Shown here: in pieces, positions 57,313-64,000 of the stretch
Layout of the letters: each line of letters begins with the position of its first letter
Position numbering within the stretch: position 1 is the first letter of the stretch
Assembly: GCA_029856045.1 (NCBI GenBank)
Contig: JAHQWG010000016.1
Span: 288,001 to 352,000, forward strand
Direction of reading: 5' to 3'
Length of the DNA stretch: 64,000 nucleotides
DNA from: Promethearchaeia archaeon
GTDB taxonomy: Archaea; Asgardarchaeota; Lokiarchaeia; Sigyniarchaeales; SOKP01
The notes under the pieces: model-generated
Database searches by the model: none
What the model saw: the letters and a program-made list of their open reading frames with translations, nothing else
What the model was told of the DNA's origin: nothing
Made by a program: the position numbers and the translations under genes

Positions 57313-58154
57313 TGAGTTTATTAATTAAGGATGAATCTCCAGAAAAGTTAATAGGAGAAGATGGTAAAAGGTTAGATGGTAGAGATTTAAATGAATTAAG
57401 ATCTATTAAGATGGAAGTTGGAGTAATTCCAAATGCAGATGGAAGTGCTTATATTGAATGGGGTGGCAATAAGATTTATGCTGCTGTGTATGGACCAAGA
57501 GAAGTTCACCCTAGACATGATGCACGTCCAGATAGGGGTATCTTAAGGACTTTTTATAGGATGACAACTTATAGTGTATCTGAAAGAAAAAGACCGGCTC
57601 CAGGAAGAAGGGAAAAAGAAATCTCACTGGTAATAAAAAATGCAATCGAGCCAGTATTGTTTTTAGAATTATACCCAGATTCAGCAGTAGAAGTATATAT
57701 TGAAGTAATATCAGCAGATGGAGGAACAAGATGTGCCTGTACTACAGTAGCTATCCTCGCATTAGTTGATGCTGGGATTCCAATGAGGGGTTTAATAACC
57801 GCAGTTGCTGCTGGTAAAGTTGATGGAAAACTTATTATAGATTGCAGTGGAGATGAGGATAAATCGGGAGAAGCTGATTTACCATGTGCAATTACATGGT
57901 ACAATAATCAAATTTCTTTATTACAATTTGATGGAATCATGGATCTCGAAGAATTCGATAGATCACTTGATCTAATAATGGAAGCTTTAGAAAAGATACA
58001 TAAATTGCAAGAAGAAGCTTTAAAAAAGAGATATATTGATGTTCGAAACAATTTAAAAAATTATAAGCCTGAAGTAGTTCCAACTAGTAATATTGAAGAA
58101 AAAATCGATTTAAATAACCAAAAAAATCAAAATGGAGGAGATCAAACAGAATGA
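57312..58154 (+). CDS. rrp41: Exosome subunit Rrp41
   Basis: RLDGR..ELR, ADGSAYIEWG, VYGPREVHP, ADGGTRCA, DAGIPM. Confidence 0.96.
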   Translation: MSLLIKDESPEKLIGEDGKRLDGRDLNELRSIKMEVGVIPNADGSAYIEWGGNKIYAAVYGPREVHPRHDARPDRGILRTFYRMTTYSVSERKRPAPGRREKEISLVIKNAIEPVLFLELYPDSAVEVYIEVISADGGTRCACTTVAILALVDAGIPMRGLITAVAAGKVDGKLIIDCSGDEDKSGEADLPCAITWYNNQISLLQFDGIMDLEEFDRSLDLIMEALEKIHKLQEEALKKRYIDVRNNLKNYKPEVVPTSNIEEKIDLNNQKNQNGGDQTE

Positions 58155-58990
58155 GTTTATCAAAAATACTTGTGTCGACTGAGAGAAAATATATATTGAA
58201 TAATTTAAAACGGGATAAAAGAATTGACGGAAGAGACTTATATCAATATCGTGATATAAAAATAGATAATAATATAGTAAAAGCTGCTGAAGGTTCTGCA
58301 GAGGTGCATTTAGGTAAAACATGTGTCATTACTGGTGTTAAATATGAATTAGGACCTCCATTTCCAGACATGCCTGATAAAGGGGTTTATACTGTAATGG
58401 CTGAATTAATTCCAATGAGTTGGGGCGCATTTGAAGGAGGTCCACCAGATGAACGAGCAATAGAATTGGCAAGATTAATAGATAGACCAATTAGAAGCGC
58501 AAAAACTATACAAAATGACATGCTGTGTTTAATTCCTAATAAATTAGTCTACATTATCTTTATTGATGTATATTCTATTAATTATTCAGGAAATTTAATC
58601 GATAGTGGAGCTATCAGTGCATTAACCGCTCTAGTTTCATCAAAAATTCCAACAGCTAAAATAGTGGACAAGGAAAAAGCTGAATTCGAATGGGATGGAG
58701 GTTATTTTAATACAAAGAAACTATTAAAAAATCTTCCAATATCTGTAACATTTGGAAAAATAGATGATGTAGTATTCGTAGATCCTAACTTAACAGAGGA
58801 ATTAGTAATGGATGGAAGAATAACTTATGCATTTGATGATGATGGAAACTTAGTTTCTTTACAAAAAGGAGGGTTAGCAACTTTTTCAATAGATGAAATA
58901 AAATCTCTAGCCCGAAAAGCTAAAGAACTTGGGGATAAACTACGAAAAGATCTAGATCTATGGCAATACCAGAATTTAAAAAATAAATAA
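58151..58990 (+). CDS. rrp42: Exosome subunit Rrp42
   Basis: RIDGR..YR, AEGSAEVHLG, PFPDMPDKG, GPPDERAIELAR, VDPNLTEE. Confidence 0.96.
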   Translation: MSLSKILVSTERKYILNNLKRDKRIDGRDLYQYRDIKIDNNIVKAAEGSAEVHLGKTCVITGVKYELGPPFPDMPDKGVYTVMAELIPMSWGAFEGGPPDERAIELARLIDRPIRSAKTIQNDMLCLIPNKLVYIIFIDVYSINYSGNLIDSGAISALTALVSSKIPTAKIVDKEKAEFEWDGGYFNTKKLLKNLPISVTFGKIDDVVFVDPNLTEELVMDGRITYAFDDDGNLVSLQKGGLATFSIDEIKSLARKAKELGDKLRKDLDLWQYQNLKNK

Positions 58991-59044
58991 GTTTTTTTTT
59001 AATTGTTCTTTTTTTATTTTAATTACTTAACTACGTACAAAATT

Positions 59045-59326
59045 ATGTCAAAAACGAAAAAAGTTGGCATTACAGGAAGATATGGAGCCAGATATGGTAC
59101 AACACTTCGAAAACGAGTCAAAAAAATAGAGGAACAATTACACTCTAATCCTAAATGTCCTAAATGCATTACTCCAGCAATCAAGAGAAAATCTACTGGA
59201 ATATGGTACTGTAAAAAATGCGGCTGTGAATTCACAGGAGGCTCTTACCAAATGGAGACACAAAGGGGGATTGAATCAAAAAGAATTACAAAAAGAAAAC
59301 AAAGAGAATTAGAAATTGAAGAATAA
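59045..59326 (+). CDS. rpl37ae: 50S ribosomal protein L37Ae (eL43)
   Basis: MSKTKKVGITGRYGARYG, CPKC..GIWYCKKCG..FTGGSY; start taken at ATG 59045. Confidence 0.96.
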   Translation: MSKTKKVGITGRYGARYGTTLRKRVKKIEEQLHSNPKCPKCITPAIKRKSTGIWYCKKCGCEFTGGSYQMETQRGIESKRITKRKQRELEIEE

Positions 59327-59328
59327 TA

Positions 59329-59589
59329 ATGGATAATAACAATTTAAAAATCATTTCAAGAATTGAAATCGAATTTAAAGAAAATGAAATACGTGATATT
59401 TCTTATAACTCTTTTATTCCTGAACTATCTCAATTATCAAGAAAACGAACATCATTAAATATTGAAAAAGGTAAAAATTCCATAATTTTTAATTTAAAAG
59501 CAACTGATTTTACTGCCTTTCAAGCAGCTGTTTCAGATATTATAAATTTTGGAAAAATATTAGAAAAATCTAAAAAGTTATTAAAATAA
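59329..59589 (+). CDS. pcc1: KEOPS complex subunit Pcc1
   Basis: IEIEF..YNSFIPE..RTSL..FNLKATDFTAFQAAV; canonical position in the superoperon. Confidence 0.8.
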   Translation: MDNNNLKIISRIEIEFKENEIRDISYNSFIPELSQLSRKRTSLNIEKGKNSIIFNLKATDFTAFQAAVSDIINFGKILEKSKKLLK

Positions 59590-59627
59590 TTTGTAATATA
59601 ATAAATAAAAATAGGTTAAATTAAACA

Positions 59628-59999
59628 ATGACAATCGATTTAAACTCACTTTCTGATGAACTAAAAAATAAATTACAAAATTACAATAATCTTATTCGAA
59701 CTCTCGAGTTTCTTACTCAACAAAGATTTGAATTAGAACGTGAATTGAGAGATGCTGAACTTGCAATCGGAGAACTAGATAAAACTGACTCTGATAAAGA
59801 AGTTTATAAGTCTATTGGGGGCATAATGGTAAAAAGTGAGAGAGACAGACTGTTGGATGAGAAAAAAAGTCAAAAAGCTTCACTTGAGCTAAAATTAAAA
59901 ACGATAACCCAACGAGAAGAACGAACAAAGACCCAATTAGAAACATTGAAAGTAGCATTAGAAAAAGATTTTAAGGATCAAGGAATAAGCCAATCTTAA
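59628..59999 (+). CDS. pfdB: Prefoldin beta subunit
   Basis: Coiled coil - VYKSIGGIMVK hairpin - coiled coil. Confidence 0.93.
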   Translation: MTIDLNSLSDELKNKLQNYNNLIRTLEFLTQQRFELERELRDAELAIGELDKTDSDKEVYKSIGGIMVKSERDRLLDEKKSQKASLELKLKTITQREERTKTQLETLKVALEKDFKDQGISQS

Positions 60000-60006
60000 A
60001 TTAATA

Positions 60007-61038
60007 ATGATGAAGCTTAACTTAAATCAGCAAGTAAAAAGCTTAATTTCTTATATTAAAGAAAAAAAAATTATCATCACTACTCATGGTTTAGCAGATG
60101 TTGATGGAGTTGCATCAGCTTTTGCTTTAAAGCTTTTTTTAAATAAAATATTGAATCATTCGCTTATAGATTTAAGAATTCCAAAATGCACTAAGCCTAA
60201 TAAACAAATAATTAAAATAATTGAATCTATATGTGAATGTAATATTTTAAATACATCTGATACTGATTTCAAACCAGATATTTTACTCATTACTGATACA
60301 AATAATTATAACCAAATTAGATTTAAAGAATTAAATCTTAATTATCGGGACATTAAATCGAATTTAATATATATAGATCATCACAGAAAAGGAAATAATT
60401 TAAAAAATAAACCGCTGGACAAATACAATATCATCATGGATAATTACACTTCTGCTAGTGAGATAATTCTTGACATTATGAGACTTTTTAATATTAGATT
60501 GAATAAATGCATTTTACATCTATTTGCAGCGGCTATACTTACAGATACAGGTAATTTCAAATATGCAACTAATGAAACCTTTAGTCGATTTAACTTTCTT
60601 CTTCAAAAAGGATTAGATTATGAAATAATCCAGGGTATCCTTAAGATGGAAGTTGATGTTTCTGAAAAAATCGCAAAAATTAAGGGGAGTCAAAGAAGTA
60701 AATTAATTCGATATGGAGATTGGCTAGTATGTAAAACTCAAGTCAGTAATTATGAATCAAGTGTAGCAACATCGTTAATAAGTTTAGGTTATGATATAGT
60801 ATTAGTAATTTCACCTTCAAAAAAAAGCGATGCGTTTAGAATAACTGCAAGAGCAAATCAAAAAGTAACAAAAGAAGCTGGGATACATCTCGGAGATTTA
60901 TTTAATTCTATTTCCGAGATTAGCCTTGGAAACGGAGGAGGGCATAACGGGGCTGCGTCTCACGTTGGAAAAAAAAACCTTGATGAGACAATAGAAAATA
61001 TTTTTAGTTATTTTAAGAAAAAATTAATAGAAAAATAA
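60007..61038 (+). CDS. DHH-family phosphoesterase
   Basis: HGLADVDG, ITDT, IDHH, ILTDTG, GGGHNGAA. Confidence 0.92.
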   Translation: MMKLNLNQQVKSLISYIKEKKIIITTHGLADVDGVASAFALKLFLNKILNHSLIDLRIPKCTKPNKQIIKIIESICECNILNTSDTDFKPDILLITDTNNYNQIRFKELNLNYRDIKSNLIYIDHHRKGNNLKNKPLDKYNIIMDNYTSASEIILDIMRLFNIRLNKCILHLFAAAILTDTGNFKYATNETFSRFNFLLQKGLDYEIIQGILKMEVDVSEKIAKIKGSQRSKLIRYGDWLVCKTQVSNYESSVATSLISLGYDIVLVISPSKKSDAFRITARANQKVTKEAGIHLGDLFNSISEISLGNGGGHNGAASHVGKKNLDETIENIFSYFKKKLIEK

Positions 61039-61079
61039 TCTTAGAGAAAAATAATTAATTAATAATAATTGATTTTGAT

Positions 61080-61922
61080 TTGAATCTTATAGAATTTCAA
61101 AATTTTTGCTTCCGTTATGATCATTCAGAAGATTTCGTATTGAAGGATATCAATATAAACATAGACTCAGGCAAATTCATTTTAATGTGTGGAATTACAG
61201 GTTCGGGAAAAACAAGTTTAGTCCGAGCAATGAATGGTTTGATTCCACAATTTTATCACGGTGAAATAAAAGGAAATGTATTAGTAAAAGGAAAAAATAC
61301 GAAAAATGTTCCAACATCTACATTGTCAAGAGATGTAGGATTAGTATTTCAAAATCCTGAGAATCAGTTAATAGCTATGAATGTAGAACGAGAAATTGCG
61401 TTTGGTCCGGAAAATATCGGTGTTCCTTGGGATGAAATGGATTCAAGAATTAAAGAATGTATTAAAATCACAGATATTGAACATCTTAGAAAAAAAGCAC
61501 CATTTGAAATAAGTGGTGGAGAACAACAGAGGGTTGCAATTGCCTCAATACTGGCATTACAGCCAGAAATTATAATTTTTGATGAACCAACTTCACTTCT
61601 AGACCCAAAAAGTGCAATTCAAATTCTTAACTTATTGAAAAAGATCCTTCTTGAAAAAAAAGTATCTACAATAATAGTTATTGAACATAGACTGGATATT
61701 GTACTTCCTTTAGCCGATGAAATTATATTGGTTGATAAAGGGCGAATTCTTGAGCAAGGTGAAGCCCATAATGTGATAAATGGAGAAAAATTTTTAAATT
61801 CAGGAGTTAATATTCCAAAATGTGTTTCAGTTTTTCAACAATTAATGAATCAGAATATATTTAGCGGTAAATTGCCAATTTCAATCGAAGAAACCAAAAA
61901 TTTGATAAATTCAATAAAATAG
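61080..61922 (+). CDS. ecfA1: ECF transporter ATPase A1
   Basis: GITGSGKT, VFQNPENQ, ISGGEQQR, IFDEPT, IEH. Confidence 0.9.
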   Translation: MNLIEFQNFCFRYDHSEDFVLKDININIDSGKFILMCGITGSGKTSLVRAMNGLIPQFYHGEIKGNVLVKGKNTKNVPTSTLSRDVGLVFQNPENQLIAMNVEREIAFGPENIGVPWDEMDSRIKECIKITDIEHLRKKAPFEISGGEQQRVAIASILALQPEIIIFDEPTSLLDPKSAIQILNLLKKILLEKKVSTIIVIEHRLDIVLPLADEIILVDKGRILEQGEAHNVINGEKFLNSGVNIPKCVSVFQQLMNQNIFSGKLPISIEETKNLINSIK

Positions 61923-61927
61923 ACTAT

Positions 61928-62818
61928 ATGGAGAATGATAATATGGAAAAAAAACTTGAAGACCTTCAAATCTTGGTCAATAATTTGACTTATCATTATC
62001 CCGACGGGACTATTGCATTAAAAGGAGTCAACCTTAATATTTACTCAGGAGAAATTGTTGGAATAATGGGTAAAAATGGAGCAGGTAAATCTACATTAAT
62101 AAAGACATTCAATGGTTTATTGAAACCCACAACTGGAGTTGTTTATATAGAAAATGATGAAGTTAATAATGTTTTAATGTCAAAATTAACGAAAAAAGTA
62201 GGTATCGTATTTCAAAATCCCGATCTCCAATTATTTGCTAATACCGTTGAAGACGAAATTAGATTTTCACTTAAAAATTTAAATTTTACAAAAATTGAGC
62301 TTGAAAACCAAATTAGTTTAACTCTAGAAAAATTTAAACTAAAAAAATTTCAAAACCGGACTCCTTTTACTTTATCTGGTGGAGAAAAAAAAAGATTAGC
62401 AATTGCTTCAATAATGTGCAGAAATCCCGAAATTATTGTGTTTGATGAACCTACAATTGGTCAAGATGCAGAGGGAGTAAAATTCATAAGAAATTTAATA
62501 AAAGAGAAACATTCTGAAGGAAAAACAATAATAATTGTAACCCACGATATAGAATTTGCAATAGATAATATACCAAGAACAATTCTGATGGCTGATGGTC
62601 TTATTATAGCTGATGGCCCAACAAATAAAATTCTAAGTCAAGATCAAATTCTAAATATTGGTTATTTAATTTCACCCCAATTAATTATACTATCAAAATT
62701 TTTAATAGATTTAAAGATAAAGGTCCCTGAGGACGTATATATAAAAGAAAATATGGTCCAATTCTTAGGTTCATATTTTAAAGATAAAATGGGAATTACT
62801 GAAGGAGGGAAACCATAA
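61928..62818 (+). CDS. ecfA2: ECF transporter ATPase A2
   Basis: GKNGAGKS, VFQNPDLQ, LSGGEKKR, VFDEPT, VTHD. Confidence 0.9.
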   Translation: MENDNMEKKLEDLQILVNNLTYHYPDGTIALKGVNLNIYSGEIVGIMGKNGAGKSTLIKTFNGLLKPTTGVVYIENDEVNNVLMSKLTKKVGIVFQNPDLQLFANTVEDEIRFSLKNLNFTKIELENQISLTLEKFKLKKFQNRTPFTLSGGEKKRLAIASIMCRNPEIIVFDEPTIGQDAEGVKFIRNLIKEKHSEGKTIIIVTHDIEFAIDNIPRTILMADGLIIADGPTNKILSQDQILNIGYLISPQLIILSKFLIDLKIKVPEDVYIKENMVQFLGSYFKDKMGITEGGKP

Positions 62819-62832
62819 TATCCTTTGAATTC

Positions 62833-63585
62833 ATGGAAGCTTTCAAATTTATTCAAAAGAAGACAATTATTCATATTTTAGACCCTAGAACTAAGCTTCT
62901 ACTAGCAATCATTTATAGTATTCTCGCAATTATATTTGAAGAAATTTTCATTCTTTTTTTTGTATTTCTTTCATTATTTCCATTCATTCTCGCTGGACAA
63001 TTATTCAAAAAATGGATTAAAAGTATTCGGGGAATGACATTCTTATTTTTATTGCTAATTATTTTCAATACACTTTTTAGCACATTTTCTAGATCCATAT
63101 CAATGATAATACGTATAATGATTATGGTAAGTTCATTTTCATTATTCTTTTTAACAGTTCATCCTGACGATCTCATGCTTTCTCTTCTTTCTCTTAAAGT
63201 ACCTTACAATATTGCATTTTCATTTTCATTATCTTTTCGATTTGTACCAACAATTGCAATTGAAGCTCAAAATATAATTGATGCTCAAAAAAGCAGGGGA
63301 TATGAAATGGAACAAGGTGGTTTAATATCACAAGCAAGAAATTTAATACCCTTATTAATTCCATTAATTGTCTGCTCACTAAAAAGAGCCTTTCACATTG
63401 CTGAAAGTCTAGATTCCAGAGCTTTTGGAAGTACTAAAAATAGAACCTATTATTATTCCATCAAATATGCAAAAAAAGATTGGTTATTAACGATTATTCT
63501 TATCTCGTTATTTATTTTTGGAGTTATTGTTAAAATCTTCCCAGAATTCTTACCTACGTGGTTCTATTGGAAATTAAAAGTGTAA
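62833..63585 (+). CDS. ecfT: ECF transporter transmembrane T component
   Basis: LDPRTKL, RFVPTI, AQKSRG, SLDSRAF. Confidence 0.92.
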   Translation: MEAFKFIQKKTIIHILDPRTKLLLAIIYSILAIIFEEIFILFFVFLSLFPFILAGQLFKKWIKSIRGMTFLFLLLIIFNTLFSTFSRSISMIIRIMIMVSSFSLFFLTVHPDDLMLSLLSLKVPYNIAFSFSLSFRFVPTIAIEAQNIIDAQKSRGYEMEQGGLISQARNLIPLLIPLIVCSLKRAFHIAESLDSRAFGSTKNRTYYYSIKYAKKDWLLTIILISLFIFGVIVKIFPEFLPTWFYWKLKV

Positions 63586-63618
63586 AATATATTTAAAAGA
63601 AAATATTTCTGATTTAAA

Positions 63619-64000
63619 TTGATAAAAAAAACAATTTCAATAGAAATTCAAGGTGAAAATAAAGAAATCTATTTAGGATTTGATGATCTTAAGATTAGTA
63701 TTAAATATTTGAAAGAAAAATATAACTTACAAGATAATGATGATCTTATTAATCTTTTTTTAACACTAATTTCTAAGTTAGAACGTCAATATAGTCCATC
63801 TACTATACAAATCTTTAATTCTGAGTTTGTTATTTCTCCAGAACATATTATTACAGCATTTTATCACACATATAAGGCGTTTAATAATAAAATAAACATA
63901 TCTAATCAAAAAAATATTGAGTTTTTACTATATCTCTCCACTAAAAGGCAAATCTCCAATGCGCTCAATTATTTTGGAATTAAAATTGAAGATATAGATC
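63619..64000 (+). CDS. cgi121: KEOPS subunit Cgi121 (partial, runs off the window)
   Basis: TTG start; QIFNSEFVISPEHIITAFYHTYKAF..IEFLLYLSTKRQISNALNYFGIK. Confidence 0.82.
   Translation, partial: MIKKTISIEIQGENKEIYLGFDDLKISIKYLKEKYNLQDNDDLINLFLTLISKLERQYSPSTIQIFNSEFVISPEHIITAFYHTYKAFNNKINISNQKNIEFLLYLSTKRQISNALNYFGIKIEDID

Noticed and set aside
59003-59044. TTG-start N-terminal extension of L37Ae
   Set aside because: T-rich intergenic sequence; the family N-terminus begins at ATG 59045.

Overview
Very AT-rich archaeal chromosomal window. It is almost certainly from an Asgard archaeon (Lokiarchaeia-like), because it encodes Rab-like and Rag-like small GTPases, a longin+wHTH protein and a profilin-like protein alongside archaeal housekeeping genes. 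Those include mfnA, rtcB/archease, pelota, elf1, mat, rnhB, fibrillarin/nop5, pyrD/K, elp3, gatDE, rpl2, the proteasome-exosome superoperon, an ECF transporter and cgi121. There are four tRNA genes, one with a non-canonical T-loop intron. No CRISPR array, rRNA or transposase was seen. Main observations: (1) a candidate actin/membrane-remodelling toolkit made of an unannotated 50-aa WH2/actobindin-like peptide, a BAR-like helical protein next to a small coiled-coil + polyproline + WH2/FAB-like protein, and a profilin; (2) an 8-gene uncharacterised operon (21.2-30.0 kb) with a tandem PC4/PUR-like Zn-ribbon protein, an AAA+ ATPase, a degenerate SMC-like protein and a kite (Nse3/MAGE-like) protein; (3) repeated use of ATT/ATA start codons behind strong SD motifs; (4) an NPRL2-like protein near a Rag-like GTPase; (5) a tandem of an AN1-zinc-finger M50 protease and an AN1-zinc-finger pseudo-rhomboid. 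All family calls come from reading motifs by eye; no database search was run.
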